Positions 24,235 to 38,521 of a stretch of 64,000 nt of DNA are shown here, piece by piece. Position numbers and translations under genes: made by a program. Numbering within the stretch: the first letter of the stretch is position 1; the number at the start of each line of letters is the position of its first letter. Below the pieces are notes generated by a model, which was not told where the DNA came from, did not search any database, and saw nothing but the letters and a program-made list of their open reading frames with translations. This stretch comes from Octopus sinensis (lineage: Eukaryota). Location of the stretch: contig NC_043023.1 in the NCBI RefSeq assembly GCF_006345805.1, positions 2,170,001 to 2,234,000 of the forward strand, written 5' to 3'.

Positions 24235-25544
24235 TATACACACATACACATATATATATACACATACAAACAGTCCCATATGTTTATAAATCTATGTAAT
24301 ACTCTCATATGTATGTATATGTATGTATGTTTGTAATCTATGTATGCATGTATATATATATTGATGTATATAGATAAGAAAGGCAGCAGGATATTTTGGC
24401 TTGTTGGTCATTTATGGGACAAACGAGGGTCAACAGGGCAATTGTAGCGTCCACTATGTCCTTCCTCTCTGCCTTCAAGTCTCAACTGACCCCTTTGCTT
24501 CTAAATCATACCTAACCTCAATTAAGGTAGATCTCATTGCTAAAAATGGCCAGCCAGGACTCAGGAAGGCTCCAAGACTTGGTCTTGGAAATTAGCAAAG
24601 AAGTGGCGGTGGCGGTGGTGGTGGTGGTGGTGGTGTGTGATGGTATTGGTGCTGGTTATAGTTGTAGTGTTGGAGGTGATGGTGGTGGTAGTGGTGGTGG
24701 GTGGTGATGATGTTGGTACTGGTTATAGTTGTAGTGTTGGAGGTGATGGTTGTGGTGGTGGTGGTGGGTGGTGATGATGTTGGTGATGGTTATAGTTGTA
24801 GTGTTGGAGGTGGTAGTGGTGGTGGTGGTGTTCGTGTTGATGTTGGAGGAGGTGGTTATGATGGCATTGGTGGTAGTAGTGGTGATGTTGATGATGATGG
24901 TGTTGGTAGTTGTAGTTGAGGTGGTTGTGGTGATGGTGGTGGTGGTGTTGATGTTGGAGGAGGTGGTTATGATGGCATTGGTGGTAGTAGTGGTGATGGT
25001 AGTAGTAGTTGAGGTGGTTGTGGTAGTGGTGGTGGTGGTGGTAGGTGTGATTATGATGTTGGTGGTGGTGGTGGTGGTGGTGGTGGGTGGTGATGATGTT
25101 GGTCCTGGTTATAGTTGTAGTGTTGGAGGTGGTGGTGGTGGTGGTGTTGGTGTTGGAGGAGGTGGTTATGATAGCATTGGTGGTAGTAGTGGTGATGTTG
25201 ATGATGATGGTGATGGTAGTAGTAGTTGAGGTGGTTGTGGTGGTGGTGGTGGTGGTGGTGGTGTTGATGTTGGAGGAGGTGGTTATGATGGCATTGGTGG
25301 TAGTAGTGGTGATAGTAGTAGTAGTTGAGGTGGTTGTGGTAGTGGTGGTGGTGGTGGTAGGTGTGATTATGATGTTGGTGCTGGTTATAGTTGTAGTGTT
25401 GGAGGTGATGGTGGTAGTGGTGGTGGTGGTGTTGATGTTGGAGGAGGTGGTTACGATGGCATTGGTGGTGGAGATGGTGGTAGTAGTGATGACGTTGATG
25501 ATGATTGTGATGGTAGTGGTGATGGTGTTCACGATGGTGGTTTT

Positions 25545-25747
25545 GCGGGCGAAGTGCTTAGCAGTATTTCGTCTGCCGCTACGTTCTGAGTTCAAATTCC
25601 GCCGAGGTCGACTTTGCCATTCATCCTTTCGGGGTCGATAAATTAAGTACCAGTTACACACTGGGGTCGATATAATCAACTTAATCCGTCTGTCTGTCCT
25701 TGTTTGTCCCCTCTGTGTTTAGCCCCTTGTGGGTAGTAAAGAAATAG
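25545..25747 (+). mobile_element. Family B SINE, 5' truncated
   Basis: CGTTCTGAGTTCAAATTCCGCCGAGGTCGACTTTGCC..TAAAGAAATA. Confidence 0.8.
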
Positions 25748-26361
25748 GTTTTGTGCTGGTGGTGGTGGTAGTGTTGATGATGGTTGTGGCAGTGGCTGCA
25801 GCAGTCATCAGATAATGGTAGTATGGGTGGGAGAGGTAACGATGGTGGTGGTGATGGAGATTGCAGCGATGGTAGTGGTGGTGTTGGCAATGATTATGGT
25901 GGGTTGTGATGATGGTAGCAGTAATAGCAGGACTGGAAGTTGTGCCACATCACACTCCATTGCAGTACTGGATAAAATAAATGTGTTGCTGGTTTTCAAT
26001 ACATTATGTTCTGGATTCAAGAATCTGTATTTGTAAATAGATGTAAATATACTCAAACATATATACAAAGACATTGGAAGTGAGAGAGAGAGAGAGAGAG
26101 GGGTGGATGTATGTATTCTTACTGAGAGTTTGAAGTAATTAACAGTATCATGGTAGCTGTATTTGAATTGTTGCTTTCTTGCATGGCCAGCTGTTTCAAC
26201 TCTTGCCTTTTCTGAAGTGAATTGCAAGGCATGGTAGTGTTTATTAGACATGTGCAACTACAGCCAATCTCCTTTGTAGAAATTAAAGTTGGAACAACTG
26301 GCTATTATTTTTAAGGGGGAAAATGCTATTATTGTATATCTGTGTGTGTGTTTGTGTGTGT

Positions 26362-26800
26362 CATCACCATCATCATCATTAAACGTCCGTTATCCATGCT
26401 GGCATGGGTTGGATGGTTTGACCGGGGATGGCAAGCTGGAAGGTTGCACCAGACTCCAGTCTGATTTGACATGGTTTCTATGGCTGGATGCTGTTCCTAA
26501 CGCCAACCACTCTGAGAGAATAATGGGTGCTTTTACATGCCACCGGCACAGGTGCCATTTGCATGTCACTGGTATCTGCCACAGCTGCGATTTTGCTTGG
26601 CTTGATGGGTCTTCTTCTCAAGCATGACATAAAGCCAAAGGTCTCAGGTCATTGCCTCCATGAGGCTCTACACTTGAGAGGAACTCAGCCACTTTGCCTC
26701 TGTGAGGCTCAACACTCAAAAGATGCTTTTTATATGCCACCAGTATGGGTTCCAGTTATGTGACACCAGCATCAGCCACAAGTTACATGACACCAGCGTT
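26362..26800 (-). mobile_element. Family D retroposon
   Basis: Same tail and GGATGCTGTTCCTAACGCCAACC motif. Confidence 0.7.
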
Positions 26801-27412
26801 GGCCGGCCATGCTGGGGCACAGCCTTGAAGAATTTTTAGCTGAATGAATTGATCCCAGTACTTCCTTATTTGTTTTAAACCTAGTATTTATTCGATTGAT
26901 ATCTTTTGCTGAACTCTTATGGGGTTGTAAACATACCAACACCGGTTGCAAAGCGATGATGGGGAACAAATACAGACACAAAGACACATACATACATTTA
27001 TACATGTAAGGGGCTTTGGAACCAGGAGATGTGGTGATTTTCTGTACTTGGGCAAGTGTCTTTGTGACACTTGCCCAAGGTACCATGCAGTGGGACTGAA
27101 CCCAGAACCATGTGGATGGGAAGCAAACTTCTTACAACACAGTCAAGCCTGTACCTCTCTCTATATATAAGTATTGTCTTCATATATAAGCACAGACATT
27201 GCTGTGTGGTAAGAAGCTTGCTTCGCAATCTCATGGTTCCAGGTTCAGTCCCACTGCATGACACGTTGGGCAAGTGTCACAAAGACACATACATACATTT
27301 ATACATGTGAGGGACTTTGGGACCAGGAGATATGGTGATTTGCTGTACTTGATAAGCCATGTCAGACTAAGTACAGCCACTATCTTCCATACATACAGGC
27401 TTGTCCTTCAGC

Positions 27413-27900
27413 TGCTGGTGCCACTTAAAAGGTACCTGTGCCAGTGGCGGGTTAATGCACCCGTGCCAGTGCCCCATAAGTGCACCTTTGCTGGTGCCAC
27501 TTAAAAGGCACCTGTGCCAGTGGTGGGTTAATGTGCCAGTGCCCCATAAATGCACCTGTGCTGGTGCCACTTAAAAGGCACCTGTGACAGTGGTGGGTTA
27601 ATTCACCTGTGCCAGTGCCCCATAAGTGCACCTGTGCTGGTGCCACTTAAAAGGCACCTGTGCCAGTGGTGGGTTAATGTGCCAGTGCCCCATAAATGCA
27701 CCTGTGCTGGTGCCACTTAAAAGGCACCTGTGACAGTGGTGGGTTAATTCACCTGTGCCAGTGCCCCATAAATGCACCTGTACTGGTGGCACTTAAAAGG
27801 CACCTGTGCCAGTGGTGGGTTAATGTGCCAGTACCCCATAAATGCACCTGTGCTGGTGGCACATAAAAGGCACCTATGCCAGTGGTGGGTTGATGCATCC
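27413..27900. repeat. Minisatellite with alternating 76- and 70-bp units (146-bp higher-order repeat)
   Basis: GTGCCAGTGCCCC anchors at 27533, 27609, 27679 and 27755. Confidence 0.9.
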
Positions 27901-27967
27901 ATGCCGGTGCCCAAGTTTGGTTGTGTCTGGGCTTTCTTGTGTCTGCTCAAGGTTTGTTGTGTCTGGG

Positions 27968-30306
27968 CCAGATGTTTCTACAATCTTTAGTGAAGCAACT
28001 CTCTAGGTGTTTAGGCCCCTTCCACTGTGGCATTAGCTCACCTACACATGTGGATGACAGAACTCCCACACAACCGCATGAGCTTTGTTGAATCAGATAT
28101 CATGACGCTAGGCCAGATGTTTCAGCCATCCTTAATGAAGGTCTCTAGGTGTTTAGGCCCCTTCCACTGTGGCATTAGCTCACCTACACATGTGGATGAC
28201 AGAACTCCCACACAACCGCATGAGCTTTGTTGAATCAGATATCATGACGCTAGGCCAGATGTTTCAGCCATCCTAATGAAGGTCTCTAGGTGGTTAGGCC
28301 CCTTCCACTGTGGCATTAGCTCACCTACACATGTGGATGACAGAACTCCCACACAACCGCATGAGCTTTGTTGAATCAGATATCATGACGCTAGGCCAGA
28401 TGTTTCAGCCATCCTTAATGAAGGTCTCTAGGTGTTTAGGCCCCTTCCATTGTGGCATTAGCTCATCTACACATGTGGATGACAGAACTCCCACACAACC
28501 GCATGAGCTTTGTTGAATCAGATATCATGACGCTAGGCCAGATGTTTCAGCCATCCTTAATGAAGGTCTCTAGGTGTTTAGGCCCCTTCCACTGTGGCAT
28601 TAGCTCACCTACACATGTGGATGACAGAACTCCCACACAACCGCATGAGCTTTGTTGAATCAGATATCATGACGCTAGGCCAGATGTTTCAGCCATCCTT
28701 AATGAAGGTCTCTAGGTGTTTAGGCCCCTTCCACTGTGGCATTAGCTCATCTACACATGTGGATGACAGAACTCCCACACAACCGCATGAGCTTTGTTGA
28801 ATCAGATATCATGACGCTAGGCCAGATGTTTCAGCCATCCTTAATGAAGGTCTCTAGGTGTTTAGGCCCCTTCCACTGTGGCATTAGCTCACCTACACAT
28901 GTGGATGACAGAACTCCCACACAACCGCATGAGCTTTGTTGAATCAGATATCATGACGCTAGGCCAGATGTTTCAGCCATCCTTAATGAAGGTCTCTAGG
29001 TGTTTAGGCCCCTTCCACTGTGGCATTAGCTCACCTACACATGTGGATGACAGAACTCCCACACAACCGCATGAGCTTTGTTGAATCAGATATCATGACG
29101 CTAGGCCAGATGTTTCAGCCATCCTTAATGAAGGTCTCTAGGTGTTTAGGCCCCTTCCACTGTGGCATTAGCTCATCTACACATGTGGATGACAGAACTC
29201 CCACACAACCGCATGAGCTTTGTTGAATCAGATATCATGACGCTAGGCAGATGTTTCAGCCATCCTTAATGAAGGTCTCTAGGTGTTTAGGCCCCTTCCA
29301 TTGTGGCATTAGCTCACCTACACATGGGATGACAGAACTCCCACACAACCGCATGAGCTTTGTTGTTAATCGATATCATGACGCTAGGCCAGATGTTTCA
29401 GCCATCCTTAATGAAGGTCTCTAGGTGTTTAGGCCCCTTCCACTGTGGCATTAGCTCACCTACACATGTGGATGACAGAACTCCCACACAACCGCATGAG
29501 CTTTGTTGAATCAGATATCATGAGCGAGGCCAGATGTTTCAGCCATCCTTAATGAAGGTCTCTAGGTGTTTAGGCCCCTTCCACTGTGGCATTAGCTCAC
29601 CTACACATGTGGATGACAGAACTCCCCACAACCGCATGAGCTTTGTTGAATCAGATATCATGACGCTAGGCCAGATGTTTCAGCCATCCTTAATGAAGGT
29701 CTCTAGGTGTTTAGGCCCCTTCCACTGTGGCATTAGCTCACCTACACATGTGGATGACAGAACTCCCACACAACTGCATGAGCTTTGTTGAATCAGATAT
29801 CATGACGCTAGGCCAGATGTTTCAGCCATCCTTAATGAAGGTCTCTAGGTGTTTAGGCCCCTTCCACTGTGGCATTAGCTAGCTCACCTACACATGTGGA
29901 TGACAGAACTCCCACACAACCGCATGAGCTTTGTTGAATCAGATATCATGACGCTAGGCCAGATGTTTCAGCCATCCTTAATGAAGGTCTCTAGGTGTTT
30001 AGGCCCCTTCCACTGTGGCATTAGCTCATCTACACATGTGGATGACAGAACTCCCACACAACCGCATGAGCTTTGTTGAATCAGATATCATGACGCTAGG
30101 CCAGATGTTTCAGCCATCCTTAATGAAGGTCTCTAGGTGTTTAGGCCCCTTCCACTGTGGCATTAGCTCATCTACACATGTGGATGACAGAACTCCCACA
30201 CAACCGCATGAGCTTGTTGAATCAGATATCATGACGCTAGGCCAGATGTTTCAGCCATCCTTAATGAAGGTCTCTAGGTGTTTAGGCCCCTTCCACTGTG
30301 GCATTA
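27968..30306. repeat. 142-bp satellite, ~16.5 near-identical copies, running into an assembly gap
   Basis: Identical ORF-track hits recur every 142 bp (28310, 28452, 28594, 28736, 28878, 29020). Only rare variants are seen, e.g. CTCACC/CTCATC. Confidence 0.97.
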
Positions 30307-30406
30307 NNNNNNNNNNNNNNNNNNNNNNNNNNNNNNNNNNNNNNNNNNNNNNNNNNNNNNNNNNNNNNNNNNNNNNNNNNNNNNNNNNNNNNNNNNNNNN
30401 NNNNNN
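30307..30406. other. Assembly gap (100 N)
   Basis: Run of exactly 100 n, typical of a scaffolding join of unknown size. Confidence 0.99.
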
Positions 30407-31558
30407 ACTTGCTTATTGATTTAAACCTGGTATTTATTCGATTGATACCTTTGTTGAACTCTTATGGGGGATGTAAAACACACCTCACGGTTGCAAAGCA
30501 ATGATAGGGAACAAATAGAGACACAAAGACACATGCATTTATACATGTGAGGGGCTTGGGAACGAGGAGATGTGGTGATTTTCTGTACTGGGCAAGTGTC
30601 ACAAAGACACTTGCCCAGGTGCCTCGCAGTGGGACTGAACCTGAAACCATGTGGATGGGAAGCAAACTTCTTACAACACAGTCAAGCCTGTACCTCTCTA
30701 TGTATATATGTATAGGCGCAGGCATAGCTGTGTGGTAAGAAGCTTGCTTCGCAATCTCGTGGTTCCAGGTTCAGTCCCACTGCATGGCACCTTGGGAAAG
30801 TGTCACAAAGACACATACATACATTTATACATGTGAGGGACTTTGGGACCGGGAGATATGGTGATTTGCTGTACTTGATAAGCCATGTCAGACTAAGTAC
30901 AACCACTATCTTCCATACATACAGGCTTGTCCTTCGGGTGCTGGTGCCACTTAAAAGGCACCTGTGCCAGTGGAGGGTTAATGCACCCATGCCAGTGCCC
31001 CATAAATGCACTTGAGATGGTGGCACATAAAAGCCACCCATGCCAGTGGTGGGTTAATGCACTCGTGCCAGTGCCCCATAAATGCACCTGTGCTGGTGCC
31101 ACTTAAAAGGCACCTGTGCCAGTGGTGGGTTAATGTGCCAGTGCCCCATAAATGCACCTGTGCTGGTGGCACATAAATTGCACCTATGCCAGTGGTGGGT
31201 TAATGCACCCGTGCCAGTGCCCCATAAATGCACCTGTGCTGGTGCCACTTAAAAGGCACCTGTGCCAGTGGTGGGTTAATGTGCCAGTGCCCCATAAATG
31301 CACCTGTGCTGGTGGCACATAAATTGCACCTATGCCAGTGGTGGGTTAATGCACCCGTGCCAGTGCCCCATAAATGCACCTGTGCTGGTGGCACATAAAA
31401 GGCACCTATGCCATTGCCAATGCTTTGTTGTGTCTGGGCCAGATGTTTCTGCCATCCTTAATGAAGCAGCTCTCTAGGTGTCTAGGCCCCTTCCACTGTG
31501 GCATTGGCTCACCTACACATGTGGACGACAGAACTTCCACACAACTGTATTGAGCTTT
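30407..31558 (+). repeat. Direct duplicate of ~26860-28100 (SINE mosaic, 70/76-bp minisatellite and a single satellite monomer)
   Basis: Colinear homology by eye. The minisatellite is at ~30940-31412 and the lone monomer at ~31436-31558. Confidence 0.85.
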
Positions 31559-31987
31559 ACAATTCTATATTTAAGAGATGAGGAATTATGTATATTATTT
31601 ACATTATTAAAAATGTAAATAATGTACAGAGCTTTTAAACACATCAGAGGTATCCATCATAGGATTCATTCTAGCATGAAAAGAATCCTATGACGGATAC
31701 CTCTTATGTGTTTAAATGTACACTGTATTTATACATGTATATATATATATATAATATATATATATATATATACATGTATAAATACAGTGTACATTTAAAG
31801 ACATAAGAGGAACCGTCATCATATATATATATATATTCTTATATACATATACATACGCTCACATATGCATATGTTTGTATATATATATATGTATATGTGT
31901 ATATATATGTATATATATATGTATATATATATGTATATATATATGTATATATATATATGTGTATATATATGTATATATATATGTATG

Positions 31988-32020
<33 letters not shown>

Positions 32021-32037
32021 ATATATATATATATATA

Positions 32038-32208
32038 GGCGCAGGAGTGGCTGTGTGGTAAGTAGCTTGCTAACCAACTACATAGTTCCGGGTTCAGTCC
32101 CACTGCGTGGCACCTTGGGCAAGTGTCTTCTGCTATAGCCCCGGGCCGACCAATGCCTTGTGAGTGGATTTGGTAGACGGAAACTGAAAGAAGTCTGTCG
32201 TATATATG

Positions 32209-32241
<33 letters not shown>

Positions 32242-32453
32242 ATGTGTTTGTGTGGTCTGTGTTTGTCCCCTTAGCATTGCTTGACAACCGATGCTGGTGT
32301 GTTTACGTCCCCGTCACTTAGCGGTTCGGAAAAAGAGACCATAGAAGAATAAGTAAGGCTACAAAGAATAGTCCCAGGGTCGATTTGCTCAACTAAAGGC
32401 GGTGCTCCAGCATGGCCGCAGTCAAATGACTGAAACAAGTAAAAGAGTAAGAG
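32038..32453 (+). mobile_element. Family A SINE
   Basis: Full head and tail. Confidence 0.85.
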
Positions 32454-32771
32454 ATATTCTTATACATATACATACACTCAAATATGCATATGTTTGTGTA
32501 TATGTGTGTGTATATATATATATATATATATGTGTGTGTATGGAATTTTGAGTTTGTGTATGATATTTATATGCGTGGTCTTTAACCTTTATTCGTTAAG
32601 CACGTTGAGACATCAAACAGTGCCAGACACACCTAACGGGCAATCATCATTAAGTTCATGAAAATACACACGACACATCCGAAACAAAAATAAGACTTCA
32701 CATTTACACATGTACAATCACACTACCTCATACATCACTGTGTGTGTATGTATATATGTGTATGCATGTGC

Positions 32772-32822
<51 letters not shown>

Positions 32823-33739
32823 GGAATATATAAAATGTAATAATGAAATCAAGCTAAACAGTGATATTTTGAAATCATTTAATACATGTGTTTTAATCTT
32901 TATGTAATGCGTAATAGGGAATGCACCCATTATGTAAGACCTTCCTCAGTTAAAACATCTGAAAAAGGACTTTGAAATGTTTAACAGGGAAGTTCTCTCT
33001 TTCTCACTTACACATACACACACACACACACCTATATACATACCCATCCAAAGAAGTTGCACCACTCTGTTGCAGTGTATCATGAGATACACTGTGCATG
33101 GATATGTTCGCAGAAAGCTCTGGGATGACTGCAACATTGATCATCAAAGCAGTCTACCATGGACCAATAGCCAGATTACTAATTTAGTAATGGAAAGCAA
33201 GGTTTATGATATCGGAGGAACATCATCTTCTTCCATCATCCTTTTCTTGTTCTTTATGAAGTTCAGGCTTCCGGCTGGTGAAGAGAAAAAACTTCAAGCA
33301 TAAATGCTATTACAAACTGGTTTATTTACAGGAAAGATGAAGTGTGCTGCTCTCAGCTACTATCTTAAGCTCCGATTGTGTGGATGCCTCTGAAGATAGA
33401 CAGGCAGAAAACCACAGCCAGTGGTGTTATCGGAGGAATATCATCTCCTTCCATCATTCTTCTTGTTCTTTATGTAGTTCAGGTTTCCGGCAGGTGAAGA
33501 GAAAAGACTTCAAATGCAAATGCTATTTACAACTGGTTTATTTAAAGGAAAGGTGAAGTGTGCTGCTCTCAGATACCATCTTAAGCTCCGATAGTGTGGG
33601 TGCATAGCCACTGGAGATAGACAAGCAGAAAACTCTGCCAGTGTTCGTGTTCAGCCAATGCTGCTGTGTGATGGCGCCAAAAGAGGCTGGTCTGAATCGG
33701 TTTCCCGTTTATATAGTTTTCTCCATCATGAGCCTCGTG

Positions 33740-34700
33740 ATCTCGCACATGGCAAATGGATGCAGGTGAGGTTTCGCTCCAGTCTCAGAGATGGCAATGG
33801 TTGCCTCGAGATCTCATCCAATATGGTACTGGTGTTTGTGCTGCTACACTAACCTTCACTTTGAAGGATATGCATTGGCCATCCGGGAACAGGAAATATC
33901 AACAAAATACCTGGTGCCCTAAAGGAACAGAAATACAGAAAAAGCAGCAGAATGTGAACATCGATGCAGATTTTGTGGAGTTAACACCAAAGATCCTGTG
34001 TCCAAAAATGTCATCATGGTATTATCTACCAGTGGGACATGATCTTGTGATAGGATCTGTATAATGAGATTTGTCAGAAGGATAACCCTGAGGATGAAGA
34101 AATAAGAACCCACTGTATGGTGGGAGTCATAGCCTCTCATAATAAAAAGGAGAACTGGTGGAGTGTCCAGGGAAGACCTTGATAAGGTGTAAACATAATA
34201 GACCTGACATAATAATTTGGAATAAAGAAGAGAAACTATGTACTGTTGAAATCAGCTGCCCAGTGGATGTTCATGTTAAGCCAAGGAGCTGTGAAACAGA
34301 AATGTCTATGCTGAATTTCCTATTGAGAAATCTGTTGTTACTCAGTCCAGATTACAAGTTTAGGTTTATACCCGTAATTATTTGGGCATTGGGATATGTA
34401 ACACATTGCTTAAGTACCAATTTTGAGAAATTAGGCTTCTCAAAACCATAAAGGAGAAAGTTGATTCCATATTTTCTTTGTAAGAGTGTAGAATGCATGT
34501 ACAAGTGTGTGTAGATACATATGCAGAGATATGTGTGTCTGTCTATATATATACACATATGTGTTGCTGTGTATGTAGATAGGTATGTGATATATATGAC
34601 TATATATAAAGCTAAGACTATACAAAAGTATACAGATCCAAGTCATCACTGGAACTATAAAACTCTGTAAAACTTTCCAGAAGTTTATCATTTCACCTGG
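33740..34700 (+). mobile_element. Second RLE-type non-LTR retrotransposon relic (C-terminal region, degraded and interrupted)
   Basis: Motifs FEGYALAIREQEISTKYL (~33860), RCRFCG..CPKMSSWYYLPVGHD (~33960-34045), KHNRPDIIIWNKEEKLCTVEISCPVD, and PDYKFRFIPVIIWALG. The terminal QIQVITGTIKLCKTFQKFII resumes at ~34630 after a ~160-bp insert that recurs at ~35557-35692. Confidence 0.75.
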
Positions 34701-36256
34701 CGTGCTAATGATTCTGCCAGCCCACCGCCTTACCACACAACCATGCTTGCACCTATATATATATATATATTATCCACACAAGTACATATAATATACACAT
34801 GCACATATATATATATATGTGTGTGTGTGTATGTTTATATATAAAGTACACATAAATATATATATGTAATACATATATTTGTGCACACGTATATACATGT
34901 ATGTGTCTATTTGTCTGTCTACTTATCTTCTCACCTTTTATCTCCCTCTCTTAGTTACACACACACACATGTAGGTGAGAAACAAACCAAAAAGACTTTA
35001 GTATAAGACCAACAGCACTAATACCAACAACAACAACAACGACCACAAACTGTCCTTTTTGCTAAGATGTCTACTGGTGACGTTTAGTAGATTGTACATA
35101 CTTATCTCCCTTGTGAATATGAAATAAAACAAAAACAACAAAAGAATAATAGAATAATAAAAAAAAAATGACTAACATCGTTTTCTTAACTTATCATGTG
35201 ACAAATAAACTCGTTGAAAACAAAAAAAAAAACACAGAAAAATAAAAGAAACAAAAAAAACAACAAAAAGTGTAGTACATGAAATACAATACTTCTTTGG
35301 AAACAACCACCACAGACCAACTCCAACACCATTTATCTCCCCCTTATGAAAAGAAAAAAAGGGAGGAAAAGAAAACCCGCTGAAAAATGGCAGAAATGAA
35401 GCTGTGTGAAACTTGTAATGAAATACCTACAAGCGATATCGTTCTTTCATAATCACAAAGTATTTTCACCTAAATTTTATTAGGGTTTATTATTGTGGTT
35501 GTTGTTCTTGTTGTGTTGTTGTTGTTGTTGTGGTTGTTGGCTACGGTTATCGCCATCCATATTTCCTTTGCAAGAGTGTAGTGTGCATGTACGAGTGTGT
35601 GTCTATATATATATACACATATGTATGGCTGTGTACATAGACAGGTATGCGATATATATCAATATATATAAAACTAAGACTATACAAAAGTATATATGTG
35701 AATATAGAGATATTCACATGTAAATTTGTGTATATATATATATATATATGCATGTATATCGATGTATGTATGTATATATATGTATATATGAAGACATATA
35801 TACATGTATGTATGTGTATCTATATATATATTTAGATAGCTAGATAGATAGGTATATATATACATATATATAGAGAGATAGATATATATACATATAGATA
35901 CACACACACACATATATATATATACATATAGATATACACACATATATATATATATATATATACATATAGATATACACACACATATATATATATATATATA
36001 CATATAGATATACACACATATATATATATATATATACATATAGATATACACACACATATATATATATATATATACATATAGATATATACACACACACACA
36101 CATATATATAAAACATGTAGAAACATACATATATATATATATATATATATTTACACATACACATGCACACAAACACATATTCACACACCAATAGTTCTTC
36201 AAATACATAGATAAACGTATATATGTGTGTGTGTGTATATATAATATATATATAAA

Positions 36257-36287
<31 letters not shown>

Positions 36288-37199
36288 AAATATATATATA
36301 ATACATTTTATGTATGTATTGGTGTACCTATGATTTTTATTTCATTTCTCTGCCATTTCAAAATTTTGTCTTTTGCTAGTTTGCTAGCTAGCTTTAAAAA
36401 ATTTATCCACTGAAAAAAAGACAAAAAATAAAAAAAACAAAAACAACGGAAAATAAAAACAAAAACGAAAAAACAACCCCTGAAACATAAATGCCATACT
36501 ACACACAAAAAAACCACAAACAAAACAGAGCAAAATAAGAAGTATAACGGCAAAACAAACAGTAAACAATACACAAAAAAGATACTATAGAAGGAGAAAA
36601 CTCACATTCAAAAGACAGGTAAGTGATAAAGGGAAAAATATTAATTCCACTTATCATTTTCGACTGCTTATTCCTGATGGTTATTTTACCGTTTCTTAAA
36701 TTTGTATTTGTAGCAGCACTGTCTTTATTTTTTCGTTATTATATACATGTATGTGTGAAGGTTTTTGTTTATGATTGTTTTTTGAAAAATTTTAGTATAG
36801 TTTTATTTATTTTTTTTTGTAATTTCTTCAATTTTTTTTTTGCTTTTATATAGTTCGTATATTTCTGGGGTGTCTTTTCCCCTCCTCCCCCCCCACTTTA
36901 TTCAAAGTGGGAAGTGGTGGAAGAGGTGGGCGGGTGATGGCTGGCGAATTGTGATTGCTATATTTGGCAATGTTTAGCTTTTTAATTTTACATTTTCTAC
37001 AAAATAGTTTTGCGTTTCTTGGATGTGATTTTCCTTTCTTCTTCTTCTTCTTCTTCTTCTTCTTCTTCTTCTTCTTCTTCTTCTTCTTCTTCTTCTTCTT
37101 CTCCTTCTTCTTCTTCTCACATCAGCTATAGTTTGGTGTAAATGTTTGTGCACGTATATATATGTTTATACACACACACACACATATACAAGCATGTTT

Positions 37200-37256
<57 letters not shown>

Positions 37257-37348
37257 CTCACAGTTAAACACATCTCTCTCTCCCCCCCCTCTCTCTCTAT
37301 ATATATATATACATATATATATGTTTATATATATATATATGTGTATAT

Positions 37349-37391
<43 letters not shown>

Positions 37392-37614
37392 TATATATAT
37401 ATATATAATATTTGAAGAATAAGAAAATGGATATGAGGCCAACATAACCTCTATTTGAATGATATATACATATGTGTGTGTGGTGTGTGTGTACATACTT
37501 ACACATGTATACATACATATATACACTTACATGTATAATGTGTGTATATGTACACATATATATGGATACATACATATATGTATGATGGAAAACGGATGTT
37601 AAACAATGATGATG

Positions 37615-37663
<49 letters not shown>

Positions 37664-38481
37664 CATCATCGTCATCTTTTTATATTGCTTTCCAAGGTTA
37701 TGGGTTTCAGAAGGTTTCTCCAGGATCCAGTTCTTTGGAGGATCATGTCTTGCTCCAGTGTTTCAGCTTTAATATGATTTCCAAGGTTGGATTCGATTCC
37801 TCACACCAATTGCTTTAGAAAGTGTTCTGGATTCATTTATCATGGCACCAGCACTGTAGAGGGTGCCTTGCCATCAGCAAAGCCAAATAGCTTTATGAAG
37901 CCCTGAGGCATCTCTGCTCAAAGTAAATATCAATCACTTAAAGCATGCACTGAGTGCTTTTTGTGTCACCAACAGTGTTGAGGTTGCTTTGCAGCTTCCA
38001 AAAGGAAAAGAGGCAAAATAAGAATTAGAAGGAAACGATTTATTGTGAGAGGATAATGAAAAAAAACAACATATCAGTAGTAATTTCTTCACATTACTTA
38101 CATTCAACGGATATTTGTCCTCATCTTGTTTGTTGTTAAGAAATATCCATCAAATGTAAATAATGTACATAATTCCTCATCTCTTAAATATAGAGCTGTA
38201 GTAATTTGTTCAGTCTAAAATTTCACCCAATCATGTCAAGTCAAGACTCCTGTGCACCTTTTTTCTCTTCTTTTTATTGGGATCCACAGGTTTTTTTTTC
38301 TTTTCAAATTTATGTTTATTTTTATTCAAGCATGGCTGTGTGGTAAGTAGCTTGCTTCCCATCCACATGGTTCCAGGTTCAGTCCCACTGTGTGGTACCT
38401 TGGGCAAGTGCCTTCTGCTATAGCCTTGGGATGATCAAAGCCTTGTGAGTGGATTTGGTAGACGGAAACTGAAAGCTCATA

Positions 38482-38521
<40 letters not shown>

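Noticed and set aside
28110-28160. Satellite monomer as a hammerhead (minus strand CTAGAGA...GGCTGAAACATCTGG)
   Set aside because: There is no CUGANGA core, no stem I and no NUH triplet. At most it is a remote relic.
28027-30280. Repeated 68-aa ORFs (MALAHLHMW...)
   Set aside because: They are a product of the 142-bp satellite. The unit is not a multiple of 3, the ORFs overlap in shifting frames, and there is no recognisable domain.
27968-30306. Satellite as a CRISPR array
   Set aside because: The units are identical end to end with no unique spacers, there are no cas genes, and the context is eukaryotic.
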